DNA from: Bdellovibrionales bacterium
Lineage (GTDB): Bacteria; Bdellovibrionota; Bdellovibrionia; Bdellovibrionales; UBA1609
Length of the DNA stretch: 64,000 nt
Reading direction: 5' to 3'
NCBI GenBank assembly: GCA_965199825.1
Contig: OZ241329.1
Span: 1,792,001 to 1,856,000, forward strand
The notes below the pieces were generated by a model, which had not been told where the DNA came from, did no database searches, and saw only the letters and a program-made list of their open reading frames with translations. Position numbers and translations under genes: made by a program. Below are positions 49,425-58,960 of the stretch, piece after piece; positions within the stretch are counted from its first letter, which is position 1, and each line of letters starts with the position of its first letter.

Positions 49425-50684
49425 TTATGCTGTTCTGTTTAGAATATGTCGCCATTCGGGTAGCGTAAAATAGAAACTCGAACCCTGGCCCACGGTCGAG
49501 CGAACACCAATTTGACCTTTGTGTTCATCAACCAAAGCTTTTGCGATAGCAAGACCAAGTCCCGTGCCTTTAACGAGAGGTTGTGATGAATTGGTGGCCT
49601 GCCTAAATTTTTGAAAAATTAATTCTTGATCTTCTGGAGCAATGCCCTTGCCTTGATCCTTTACTTCGATCTGCACCAGATTGTGCTCATTGATCAAACA
49701 CACAATTTGGATTTTTGATTTCGCTGGAGAAAATTTGATGGCATTTGAAACCAAGTTTGTAAGCACTTGCTGAATACGATCTTTGTCGATCAAGACTTCT
49801 AAGGGTTGGGCCAAAACTTCAAGTTCCACATCCGCTGCTTGAGCAAAACCTTGGAGCGATAATGCATTTGAATTTAAAAATTCAATTACATTTTCGTATT
49901 TTTTTTGAATCGGCAATTGGCCAGCCTCAATTTTGGCAAGATCTAAAAAGTCATTGATGAGTCGGATTAACCGATCGGTTTCGGTTTGAGCAATGGTCAC
50001 GAGTTGTTGTGAGGCCTCATTGAGTGAGCCCAAAATTCCAGAGTGAAGCAAGCTTAAGGAGCCCTTAATTGAGGTCAACGGTGTTCGAAGCTCATGGCTT
50101 GCGATATTTAAAAACTCAGACTTTGCGTGATCCAAATTTTTAAGTTCATCCATTGTGTGGAGCACTCGTTGAGCCATAATATGAAAGGTGGCGTGAAGGG
50201 TGCCGACCTCATTTTTTTTTGGTTGTGAAAATCGATAAGAATATTTGTGGGTCAAAAAATCATTCATACGACGAGACAGCAACCGGATGGGTGAAAACAG
50301 AGTCAGATGAAGATAAAGCCAGCTCACCACAATACTCAAAATCATCATCAATCCACAGAGACTTGAATAAAAAATTGTTTTTTGGTGCAGATATTCTATT
50401 TTTTTAAGAGCGAACCTGCGAAACTCTTGTTCAACTTTTTGAAAATGTTGACGAGCTCCACCATTTTTTGTGGCAAGGGCCTTAAAAGCAGAATCGCGAA
50501 CCTGAGGCAATAGCTCCGTCGCGGCATTCTCTTTATTGTATCCCACATTTTCGATCTGAAAACTTTGATCCACATCATTTTGAAGGCGGAGGGCCTCGCG
50601 ATAGGAAACAAAGGAGAGTGTTGCAAAACCAATCACTAAACTTAAACAAATAAAATTGATTAAAAAAAGTCGAAATCGAATCAA
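49425..50684 (-). CDS. Membrane sensor histidine kinase with a HAMP domain
   Basis: Two TM segments, HAMP, SHELRTPL, NLVSNAIKF, DQGKGI and GTGLGL. Confidence 0.93.
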   Translation of the reverse strand: MIRFRLFLINFICLSLVIGFATLSFVSYREALRLQNDVDQSFQIENVGYNKENAATELLPQVRDSAFKALATKNGGARQHFQKVEQEFRRFALKKIEYLHQKTIFYSSLCGLMMILSIVVSWLYLHLTLFSPIRLLSRRMNDFLTHKYSYRFSQPKKNEVGTLHATFHIMAQRVLHTMDELKNLDHAKSEFLNIASHELRTPLTSIKGSLSLLHSGILGSLNEASQQLVTIAQTETDRLIRLINDFLDLAKIEAGQLPIQKKYENVIEFLNSNALSLQGFAQAADVELEVLAQPLEVLIDKDRIQQVLTNLVSNAIKFSPAKSKIQIVCLINEHNLVQIEVKDQGKGIAPEDQELIFQKFRQATNSSQPLVKGTGLGLAIAKALVDEHKGQIGVRSTVGQGSSFYFTLPEWRHILNRTA

Positions 50685-51049
50685 GCCGCACCCTTAAGCA
50701 TCAAATCAATTTGGGTGCAAAGCATCTTAGGATCAAAAGGCTTTGAGATCAGCCCCAGTCCCATCCGCTCAAACTCTAAAACATCGCGCTGCTGAGATTT
50801 AGCACTAAGAAAAATAACCGGAGTATGAGGCTGGAGTTTTAACTTTCGATATTCGGCACACACGGTGAGGCCATTGAGTTTTGGCATCATTTCGTCGAGC
50901 AACAAAACATCGAAATTTTCTGAGAGTGCAATCTCGAGTGCTCGTTCACCATCAGCAGCATGGACAACTTGATGATGCCCAATATGCTCTAAGCATAACC
51001 TTGCAATGGTTGCGATGTTTTGATCATCTTCAGCCAAAAGAATTCTCAC
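50681..51049 (-). CDS. Single-domain response regulator
   Basis: LLAEDD, LLDEMMP, FLSA and SKPF. Confidence 0.9.
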   Translation of the reverse strand: MRILLAEDDQNIATIARLCLEHIGHHQVVHAADGERALEIALSENFDVLLLDEMMPKLNGLTVCAEYRKLKLQPHTPVIFLSAKSQQRDVLEFERMGLGLISKPFDPKMLCTQIDLMLKGAA

Positions 51050-51050
51050 T

Positions 51051-51740
51051 TTAAGCTTCTCTCCGTAAGCTACCGTGGGAATAAATCCAGGCTCTCACTT
51101 TTTGCAAAAATTTTTCCTGTGCACCAACAAAACTTAGAGTGCTGACATAAAAATCTTCACGGGGATGACAGGACAAAACTTTTAAAAATGGAATTTCATG
51201 ACTCAATGTATTCAAAAAATCTGCGTCGAGCTCCATCATTGAGCCCTCTTCATTTTTCCAAGGCGTTTTTATTTTGATCGCCAGCTCAGAGACTTCTAAG
51301 ATCTCAATATTCATTTTGACTCGTGCCGCACTTAAATCTTTTGGAACCCGGACTTCGGGGTGATGGGCAGGTGGCCTTTTATCAAAAAGCATGGAGATTT
51401 TTTTTTCGAGTAAAAGAGGATCAATGGGCTTAATTAAATAATCATCGACCCCAATACGCAAAGCTCGATCAATATTTTTTTTGTCGCTCAGTGCGGTCAG
51501 CATACAAATCGCAAGGTGTCTAAATCGAACATCACTTTTTACGGTTTGGATCAGATCGAATCCAGAAAAATGCGGCATGTTGGCATCAGAGATCAAAAGA
51601 TCAAACATGGTCGAGCGCAAAAGTTCCATGGCTTCAATCGCGTCAGGAGCGGTAAATACCATGTGGCCCGCAAAGGAAAGACTGCGATTCATCATTTTTA
51701 AAAGGTCGTGATCATCATCGACGATAAGTATGCGTGCCAT
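51051..51740 (-). CDS. Response regulator with a degenerate PilZ-like C-terminal domain
   Basis: IVDDD, ISDANMP, MLTA and IKP. The C-terminal EVSELAIKI...LSF is only weakly PilZ-like. Confidence 0.8.
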   Translation of the reverse strand: MARILIVDDDHDLLKMMNRSLSFAGHMVFTAPDAIEAMELLRSTMFDLLISDANMPHFSGFDLIQTVKSDVRFRHLAICMLTALSDKKNIDRALRIGVDDYLIKPIDPLLLEKKISMLFDKRPPAHHPEVRVPKDLSAARVKMNIEILEVSELAIKIKTPWKNEEGSMMELDADFLNTLSHEIPFLKVLSCHPREDFYVSTLSFVGAQEKFLQKVRAWIYSHGSLRREA

Positions 51741-51827
51741 AGTTCTTTATCGGAGTTTTCACCGCCCGCGAGAGGCAATTCTCAATTTGAGTCGACCTTT
51801 GAAGTGATCCGCGCCTAATATAAAGAT

Positions 51828-51998
51828 ATGTCAAACTTTGAACGATTTTTAAGATGGATAGTGGGAACAACGATGCTGTCATGGGCCCTTGCGGGAGGAC
51901 CCTCTTGGCTGTATTTGGGAATATTTATTTTAATCACAGGGAGCTTTAACTTTTCTCCCTGGAAATTGATTAAGCGTTTGAACTTGAGAGAAGAGTAG
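51828..51998 (+). CDS. Small membrane protein, DUF2892/YgaP-like (not in the ORF track)
   Basis: Hand translation MSNFERFLRWIVGTTMLSWALAGGPSWLYLGIFILITGSFNFSPWKLIKRLNLREE*. It shows the ERxxRxxxG and LxTG..FxP pattern. Confidence 0.6.
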   Translation: MSNFERFLRWIVGTTMLSWALAGGPSWLYLGIFILITGSFNFSPWKLIKRLNLREE

Positions 51999-52290
51999 TC
52001 AGCTCGCCACTCTGATACATTTCCATCATGATATCGCTGCCCCCCACCAATTCTTTATTTACATAAAGTTGTGGGATGGTGGGCCATTGGCCATATTCTT
52101 TAATTCCTTGGCGCATCTCTTCGTCTTCTAAAATATCGACCGAATAAAATTGGGTATTGAGTTCTTTGAGGATCGCAACCGCCCGCGCCGAAAATCCACA
52201 TTGTGGAAATGAAGGATCACCCTTCATAAATAAAACCACAGCGTGATCTTTTAAAAGTCCGTCAATGCGTTCTTTGGTTTGAGAATTCAT
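51970..52290 (-). CDS. grxD: Monothiol glutaredoxin Grx4
   Basis: LFMKG..PQCGFS, WPTIPQLYV and GGSD. Confidence 0.95.
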   Translation of the reverse strand: MNSQTKERIDGLLKDHAVVLFMKGDPSFPQCGFSARAVAILKELNTQFYSVDILEDEEMRQGIKEYGQWPTIPQLYVNKELVGGSDIMMEMYQSGELTTLLSSSNA

Positions 52291-52523
52291 AGTTTCTCCT
52301 TAATTAAAGTTTTGATAGTTAGGGCATGGACTTCGCCAGATTTTAATTCATCCGCAAAAACATCCATAACAGTACGCTGACACTCAATTCGCGATTTACC
52401 AAAAAAGACCTGAGACGCCATCCGCACCTCAAAATGATTTTGGGTACCGGTAAGATCTTCGACCAAGATGTCAGCATCAGGAAATTGATTTCGTAATCTT
52501 TGTTCCATTTGTAGGGGATTCAT
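52287..52523 (-). CDS. bolA: BolA/IbaG family protein
   Basis: NHFEV...F.GKSRI..QR.V and EVHALTIKT; coupled to grxD. Confidence 0.88.
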   Translation of the reverse strand: MNPLQMEQRLRNQFPDADILVEDLTGTQNHFEVRMASQVFFGKSRIECQRTVMDVFADELKSGEVHALTIKTLIKEKL

Positions 52524-52628
52524 AAATCGTTTGTAACGGATATGAGGTTGAGAAGTCCACTATCAAAATTTTGTGGTATATAAAATTTGTTTTTATCAAT
52601 CCATTTTCGATGTGGTATAAAACTGGCG

Positions 52629-52892
52629 ATGAGCTCATTTATTTCTGCTCCACCAGAACATCTCAAAAAAGAGCGCAATAAAGCCCGAATCTTAAGGCAG
52701 TCCCAATGGTGGAAGCGCAAACTTTCGCAACAGCTGTGTTATTATTGCGAACAAAAATTTTCGATTGAGCTTTTAACAATGGATCACTTGATCCCAATTG
52801 TTCGCGGCGGCCACTCGGAAAAAAATAATGTGGTGGTCAGTTGCAAGAACTGTAACACCAAAAAGGGTCACAAACTCTCTCACGAAGTTTAA
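52629..52892 (+). CDS. Small HNH endonuclease (likely start ATG 52629)
   Basis: CYYC, TMDHLIPIVRGG and NVVVSCKNCN. Confidence 0.85.
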   Translation: MSSFISAPPEHLKKERNKARILRQSQWWKRKLSQQLCYYCEQKFSIELLTMDHLIPIVRGGHSEKNNVVVSCKNCNTKKGHKLSHEV

Positions 52893-52985
52893 ATATGGCC
52901 TTAAGCAGAAACCCTTGCACTTCGAATCTGTTTAAGTCTTTAAATTAAGGAACCTCAAAAAAATCGTCATTGGAGTTTCAACAGC

Positions 52986-54674
52986 GTGTCAAAGATCACC
53001 ACATCAAGTACCGCAGAGTACTTTGCTAAAAATTTGCAGCAAGTGGGTTTTTCTTCGCCCGTAAAAGCGGTTTTGACCACTCTCAAAGAGGCGGTGGATA
53101 ATTCGTTGGACGCCTGTGAAGAGGCAGGAATTTTACCCGACCTCCATGTGCGCATCAAAAAAATCGATAAGGGATCATCAAAATCGGCTGACTTGATCGA
53201 AATTATTGTTGAGGACAATGGTCCAGGTATCGACCAGGGCGATCTTGCCCAAGTGTTTGGTGAATATTTGGCTTCAAGCAAGTTCGGGCGTGGTCAGTGT
53301 ACACGCGGACAACAAGGTATTGGAATTTCTGCGGCAACTACATGGGCTCAACTGACCAATGCGGCTGGCGTAAAAGTTTTGACCAAAACAAAAGGGATGC
53401 GCAAAGCGTTTCAAGCCACAATTGATGTCGATATCAAAGGCAATAAGGGAATCGTTAAAAACAAAGAGTCGATTGATTGGCAAAAGCCTCACGGCACGCG
53501 TGTCGAATTTCATATTGATGGACGTGTGCAACTCAATGGCGATGGTGGAATTCTCACTTATCTTGATGGCACCACGCTGGTAAATCCGCATTTGAGTTTA
53601 AGATATAAACTTTTAGATAACGATGTGGTCGAAATCGCGCGTGTGACCGAAACGGTTCCTGATATTCCAACCGCGACCCTCCCGCATCCTCACACCATGA
53701 AACTTGGTGAGTTCATGACTCATGCCGGTTTGTTTGGAAAAATCACTCTCGAAGCTTTTTTAAAAAAAGGATTTTCGCGTGTGACCGATTCGACAATGAC
53801 CGATTTGGTTAAAAAAGGTTTACCCAAAAAATATTTAAGCAAGCCTTTGTCCCAAATCTCGCAGGTGGAGTACAAACAGATTTTTCAGATCATTCAAGAT
53901 ACCGATCTGCAAAGCCCCTCGACCAAAAGCGTTTTAACTGTTGGCGAAGAGGCTCTATCAAAAAGTATTCAACGCCTTGGTCAGGTTGATTTTTTTAGTG
54001 TGGTCACAAGAAAGCCAAAGATTTGTGATTTTAAACCGGTTGTTGTTGAGGTTGCGATTGCTCGATTTTTAAATCGCACGGGTGAGGGCAGTGACGACGC
54101 TGTTCAATTGCTTCGATTTGCCAATCGAGTGCCACTGCAATTTGATAAAGCGGCCTGCGCAATTACGGGCTCAGTGTCCTCGGTCAATTGGCGAAGTTAT
54201 GGGTTAAACCAACCGAAAGATGCATTGCCTTTGGGTCCTTATGTTTTTGCGGTGAGTGTGACTTCGCCGTTTATCAAATTTAAAAATGCTTCTAAAGAAA
54301 CTATCGATGGCAGTGAAGAGCTGGTGGAAGAGATTCGGCGCGCTTTGATGCAAGCCGGTCAAAAACTCTCGCGCCATATTCGCCGCGAAGACCGCGCCGA
54401 GGATCTTGAGCGCAAGCTTTTACATATCGAAAAATTTGCGCCCATCTTGGTCGAGGGCTTATCACGAATCATCAAAGCGCCTGAGTCTCGCAAACGCAAA
54501 GCCGAAGAAGGCTTAAAACTTTTATTAGGGCGTGATACCGATGCGGCCGAAGTGCAGTTGCAAGCGGCCGAGAGTCAACTCAAAGATCTAAAAGCAAAAA
54601 CCAAAGGCCTTGTCGAAGAAGAAGCTCCACCCGAAGAAGTGGTCGAAAAACAAGCGGTCGGTAAGCACAAGTAA
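52986..54674 (+). CDS. top6B: DNA topoisomerase VI subunit B
   Basis: EYFAKN..GF, GHKL motifs KEAVDNSLDA, EDNGPGI and RGQQGIG, and transducer RFANRVPL. Confidence 0.93.
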   Translation: MSKITTSSTAEYFAKNLQQVGFSSPVKAVLTTLKEAVDNSLDACEEAGILPDLHVRIKKIDKGSSKSADLIEIIVEDNGPGIDQGDLAQVFGEYLASSKFGRGQCTRGQQGIGISAATTWAQLTNAAGVKVLTKTKGMRKAFQATIDVDIKGNKGIVKNKESIDWQKPHGTRVEFHIDGRVQLNGDGGILTYLDGTTLVNPHLSLRYKLLDNDVVEIARVTETVPDIPTATLPHPHTMKLGEFMTHAGLFGKITLEAFLKKGFSRVTDSTMTDLVKKGLPKKYLSKPLSQISQVEYKQIFQIIQDTDLQSPSTKSVLTVGEEALSKSIQRLGQVDFFSVVTRKPKICDFKPVVVEVAIARFLNRTGEGSDDAVQLLRFANRVPLQFDKAACAITGSVSSVNWRSYGLNQPKDALPLGPYVFAVSVTSPFIKFKNASKETIDGSEELVEEIRRALMQAGQKLSRHIRREDRAEDLERKLLHIEKFAPILVEGLSRIIKAPESRKRKAEEGLKLLLGRDTDAAEVQLQAAESQLKDLKAKTKGLVEEEAPPEEVVEKQAVGKHK

Positions 54675-54685
54675 GGAACAAAGTT

Positions 54686-55858
54686 TTGGCAACAAAAACA
54701 GATGTGATTCGAATCAGAAAACTGACAAAAGATATTCCAAAAATTTCGAAAGAAATGTGTGACCGAATGCTTCGCGACCTCGAGCGGGCGCAGCGCCCGG
54801 TGCTTGAGGCGGTCAAATGTTCCCTCGACAATTCGTTTTATAATCCAAAAGTGGGTTTTTTTACTCCTGGTGAAAAAGTGGTGCGCACCGAACTCAATGT
54901 GAGTTCGGTACAAAAAATGGCGCGGACAATTTTTATGCTCGAAATTTTACTGAACAATATGGACACCGGCGCAGTTAACACTAAACGTGAATTGTACTAT
55001 ATGTCTAAAGGTTTAGTTAAGTCGAATGGCGCCTACAAACCTCTCGATTTTGAGGCGCAAGAAGAGTCCGACAGCATTATCGATTTTATCTGTGACATGC
55101 TCGAGGTCTACCGCGAGGAGATGAACTGTTTTGCCGGCGATCGAGGAGGCCAAACATATTCAAAGCAACTGGTTGTGACCGAGACCTTGAGTGATGGTGA
55201 TACCGCCGTGATTGATTTGAGCACTTTAGGAACAAGTCCATTTCAACCAAAAAATAAACCGCAGCAATTTAAACTAAAATCCAAAAAGAAATTAGAATTT
55301 TGTTTGGTTGTGGAATCCGAAGGTACCGCAAACACCCTTGTCACCAATGGAATGACCACGCGCTACAACTGTATCGTAATGGGTGCGGGTGGTGTGCCGA
55401 GCAATGGAGTGCGGGGCTGGTGTAAGACCATTCAAGACCAACTCGAGGTCCCAATTTATTTTTATGGCGATCTCGATGCGTACACGTTGCAAAATATTTT
55501 TCGAACTCTCAAAGCCGGATCTGCCGCAAGTCTTATTCGTAATGCCGATTTTAGTGCGCCAGAGGTGCGATTTTTGGGAGTGCTTCCTGAAGACGTAAAA
55601 GAATATGATCTCAATTGCTACTCGGTCAATGAGCGCGACATTGGAGAGGCTCGATCACTCAAAAAAGCTCGCGACGTTTTAGATAACGATCCGTTTTTTC
55701 AAGATAAAAAAAATAAAAAGCTCGCAGATATTTTGCGCTGGTTGGTTAAAGAAAAAATTCGGTGTGAGCAGCAGTCCATCTTTTCCGTGGATCCACGTGA
55801 TCCCTTAAAGCCCGAAAAGATTATTGTCGAAAAAATCCGTAATGGATCTTTTGTTTAG
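54686..55858 (+). CDS. top6A: DNA topoisomerase VI subunit A (Spo11-like)
   Basis: Catalytic-Tyr region TKRELYY; Toprim VVESEG, GGVP and GDLDAY. Confidence 0.9.
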   Translation: MATKTDVIRIRKLTKDIPKISKEMCDRMLRDLERAQRPVLEAVKCSLDNSFYNPKVGFFTPGEKVVRTELNVSSVQKMARTIFMLEILLNNMDTGAVNTKRELYYMSKGLVKSNGAYKPLDFEAQEESDSIIDFICDMLEVYREEMNCFAGDRGGQTYSKQLVVTETLSDGDTAVIDLSTLGTSPFQPKNKPQQFKLKSKKKLEFCLVVESEGTANTLVTNGMTTRYNCIVMGAGGVPSNGVRGWCKTIQDQLEVPIYFYGDLDAYTLQNIFRTLKAGSAASLIRNADFSAPEVRFLGVLPEDVKEYDLNCYSVNERDIGEARSLKKARDVLDNDPFFQDKKNKKLADILRWLVKEKIRCEQQSIFSVDPRDPLKPEKIIVEKIRNGSFV

Positions 55859-57150
55859 TTCCCACCTTCGTAACCGGTGCCGACGTTTGTGGGTGGAGGA
55901 GCATGCCAGTCGTAGGTCTTTTGCCATTGACCGTTTGGCATACAAAAATAATAGCTTCCAGATAAACCATCAGCTGCTGACGTTGTTGTGATGGTTAGAG
56001 GTGGGCTCGCAGGTAAACTATCTTGTGCTCCACAGCCCCCAAAAACTGGCAGATTGCCATAATAAATTTGTGATAGTCCCATCTGCACCGGGCTTGACTG
56101 AGTGTCATAACACCAGCGCACCGAGTAGTACTGCCTCATCACAACGGTTTGACCTTGGGTCAATTGAACAACCGCACTCATCGACTGAGCAGCGGTATTA
56201 AAGAAGGTGCTTGTGTTGTCGGCATGTTCATTGGTGAGAGTAAACTTTTGCAAAACTGCTCCTGAGCTATCGAGCAAACTAAAATAGGGCAAAATAAAAT
56301 AGTAACTCGCAGTCGCAGTCACGTAAGTGTAAAAGGTGTAGCTGCCAGAAATCGGGGCGGTGTAGGACACATCGGCTGCGGTAAACGAACAGCCTCCGGT
56401 GTCACCAAAAAATATTTGTTGCTGTAGAGGCACACCCGTTGGCACTTGAGGATTCACGGTGAGTGTTACGGTCTGACTTGTTGATGAGCCCGAATTATTT
56501 TTTATCACCACGTAATAAGATCCTGCGGTGTTTGCGTTTGCGGTCGAACTATAAACAGATTGGTTAGCCCCGGCAATTGGTGAACTATTAAAATACCATT
56601 GGTATTGCGGATTGGTCCCGGTCGCATTCACCACGAAACTAAATGGACTACCATCGGTCACGGTTGCACTTGAAGGCTGGCTTGCAATCGCAGGAGCCAC
56701 ATCCTGCACCACCGGCGGATTTGGTGTTCCCTGATCGATAACAGGAGGCAGAGTTCCACTAATCGTTAACATCGCAGTTTGCGAAATCAACACCGGTGCT
56801 TTAACTCCAGTTCCTTGAGTGACGATAACAAAGTAGTAACCCATGGATGCGGCAGTCACATTGGGCAAGCTCAAAAACGAAGCATCAGAATTTGGAATCG
56901 GCGAATTACTAAAATACCAAGCATAGTGCAGGATATCTGAGCCGTGAGCTTGCACCGAAAATATCACATTACTTCCGGCAGGAACGGTTAACGATTGAGG
57001 ATTCATATCGATTGCGAAATTTAACGCCGGCGATGTGGAAAGCGAATCCAGTCCCACCGCTCCTAAAGGTTTAAATGGGGCACAGTTTTGAAATGACATC
57101 ATTAGGCCCATCACAATACCGATAAGATAAATTCGCTTTGAATATTTCAT
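55855..57150 (-). CDS. Lipoprotein with two immunoglobulin-like domains (likely start ATG 57150)
   Basis: SFQNC lipobox; two Ig modules (PQSLTV..G..V.FSV...YAWY...GYYFV and PSSATV..G..FSF...YQWY...GSYYV). Confidence 0.8.
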   Translation of the reverse strand: MKYSKRIYLIGIVMGLMMSFQNCAPFKPLGAVGLDSLSTSPALNFAIDMNPQSLTVPAGSNVIFSVQAHGSDILHYAWYFSNSPIPNSDASFLSLPNVTAASMGYYFVIVTQGTGVKAPVLISQTAMLTISGTLPPVIDQGTPNPPVVQDVAPAIASQPSSATVTDGSPFSFVVNATGTNPQYQWYFNSSPIAGANQSVYSSTANANTAGSYYVVIKNNSGSSTSQTVTLTVNPQVPTGVPLQQQIFFGDTGGCSFTAADVSYTAPISGSYTFYTYVTATASYYFILPYFSLLDSSGAVLQKFTLTNEHADNTSTFFNTAAQSMSAVVQLTQGQTVVMRQYYSVRWCYDTQSSPVQMGLSQIYYGNLPVFGGCGAQDSLPASPPLTITTTSAADGLSGSYYFCMPNGQWQKTYDWHAPPPTNVGTGYEGGN

Positions 57151-57157
57151 ATGGTTC

Positions 57158-57185
57158 TTTTCGGCACAGATGTGGTCCAGCTTGA
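57158..57185 (-). promoter_or_regulatory. Putative sigma28-type promoter of the Ig lipoprotein gene
   Basis: The minus strand reads TCAAG-N15-GCCGAAAA, 7 nt upstream of ATG 57150. Confidence 0.5.
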
Positions 57186-57346
57186 GGCACTGATGCAACG
57201 TCTTTAATTGAAACATCTCCTAGGTAAAAGAGCCAATTTTCCCCATCTCAGCCCTCTAATCCAAATGGTTTAAGTTTTTTTGGTGTTTCGTATTTTGCAA
57301 TAAGCTTTAAGACATCAATTTTTAGAAAAGCTCAAAGGAGACTCCA

Positions 57347-58912
57347 ATGAATCCGCAACACCCCAATGAAACTCACTCATGCTGGCTTGAAAATATCGAA
57401 GTTCCTCGCTTTGATTCGCTTAACGAAAATTTAGAGGTTGATGTCTGTATCGTTGGCGCAGGAATCGGCGGGCTGACAACAGCTTATCTTTGTCAACAAG
57501 AGGGACTTAAAGTCTGCATTGTTGAAGATTATGAAATTGCGAGCGGTCAATCAGGGCGCACCACTGCACAATTTGCCACAGCACTTGATGATCGATATTA
57601 CGAAATTCAACGCATGCACGGAAAAAAAGGGGCAAAGCTTGCGGCCGAAAGTCATCGTGCTGCGATCTCAAAAGTCGAAAAAATAATTCGCGCAGAAAAT
57701 ATCAATTGCGAATTTGAATATGTAAATGGCTATTTGTTTGATGGAAAAAATTCGGATCTTTCGAATTTAAAAAAAGAATATGAAGCCTGCCTTGAAGCCG
57801 GAATGGATGAGGTCGAATGGATCGATGATTCACCTCTTCCAGATTGGGATCATGGACCATGTTTAAAATTTGCGCGGCAGATGCAGCTTCATCCAGGAAA
57901 ATATTTAAGCCATCTTGCCCGACTCATTGTCAGCCGTGGTGGAAAAATTTTTTCTCACACCCGGGCCGAAAAAATGGTCGGTGGCGAAAATGCTTACGTT
58001 GAAACTCGCGGTGGATTTCGCATTGATTGTTCTTCGATTGTGGTCGCCACCAATACGCCAGTGAATGATGTGTTTGCGATTCATACAAAACAAGCGCCTT
58101 ACCGAACTTACGTGGTGGCGTTTAGTGTTCCAAAGGGCAGTGTGCCCAAAGGTTTATTTTGGGATACGCTTGATCCTTATCATTACGTGCGCATTGAGGC
58201 CGATCCCACAAGTGACGTCAGCGAAATTTTGATTGTCGGTGGTGAAGATCACAAAACCGGTCAGGAACCTTATCCCGAAAAACGATTCGCAAAATTAGAA
58301 GAGTGGACCAAAGAACATTTTGTTTCGGCTCAAGATGTTTTGTATCGATGGTCGGGCCAAGTGATGGAACCTGTCGACGGAATGGCCTATCTTGGACACA
58401 ATCCCCTCGACAGAAAAAATGTTTATATTATCACCGGCGACTCTGGCAATGGGATGACTCATGCGACGATCGGGGCGATGTTGATTACCGATCAAATTTT
58501 GAACCGCCTCAATCCTTGGGAGCAGCTCTATAATCCTTCGCGAGTGACTCTGCGTTCGTTAAGCGAATTTATAAAAGAGAATGCAAATGTGGCTGTACAA
58601 TATACAGATTGGCTTTCGCCTAAAGGCCGCGAGGATCTTCTCAATTTGCCAGTGGGTGAGGGAATGGTGATTCGACAAGGTCTCCATCTTCTTGCGGCTT
58701 ACAAAGAGCATAGCGGTAATTTTTCATTTATGTCTGCAGCCTGTCCGCATCTTCAAGGTGTGGTGGTGTGGAACAGGGTTGAAAAATCGTGGGATTGCCC
58801 CTGTCATGGATCAAGGTTTGATTGCCAGGGACGCGTGATTGAGGGGCCCGCAAACTGTGATCTGAAGCGGTTTGAGAGTTCTTTACCAAAAGAGGTCGAT
58901 TCAACTCTTTAG
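57347..58912 (+). CDS. FAD-dependent oxidoreductase with a C-terminal Rieske [2Fe-2S] domain (YhfW-like)
   Basis: GAGIGG FAD motif, GDSGNGMT, and Rieske CPHLQG...WDCPCHGSRF; AGGAG RBS. Confidence 0.9.
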   Translation: MNPQHPNETHSCWLENIEVPRFDSLNENLEVDVCIVGAGIGGLTTAYLCQQEGLKVCIVEDYEIASGQSGRTTAQFATALDDRYYEIQRMHGKKGAKLAAESHRAAISKVEKIIRAENINCEFEYVNGYLFDGKNSDLSNLKKEYEACLEAGMDEVEWIDDSPLPDWDHGPCLKFARQMQLHPGKYLSHLARLIVSRGGKIFSHTRAEKMVGGENAYVETRGGFRIDCSSIVVATNTPVNDVFAIHTKQAPYRTYVVAFSVPKGSVPKGLFWDTLDPYHYVRIEADPTSDVSEILIVGGEDHKTGQEPYPEKRFAKLEEWTKEHFVSAQDVLYRWSGQVMEPVDGMAYLGHNPLDRKNVYIITGDSGNGMTHATIGAMLITDQILNRLNPWEQLYNPSRVTLRSLSEFIKENANVAVQYTDWLSPKGREDLLNLPVGEGMVIRQGLHLLAAYKEHSGNFSFMSAACPHLQGVVVWNRVEKSWDCPCHGSRFDCQGRVIEGPANCDLKRFESSLPKEVDSTL

Positions 58913-58960
58913 TAAAAATTCATCGTTTCTTGGCTTCGGATTTGCTGTATTCAACTGCAC

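Noticed and set aside
52629..52892. HNH gene as a homing endonuclease or defence system
   Set aside because: It is a stand-alone ~87-aa HNH with no intron/intein context and no methylase or ATPase partner.
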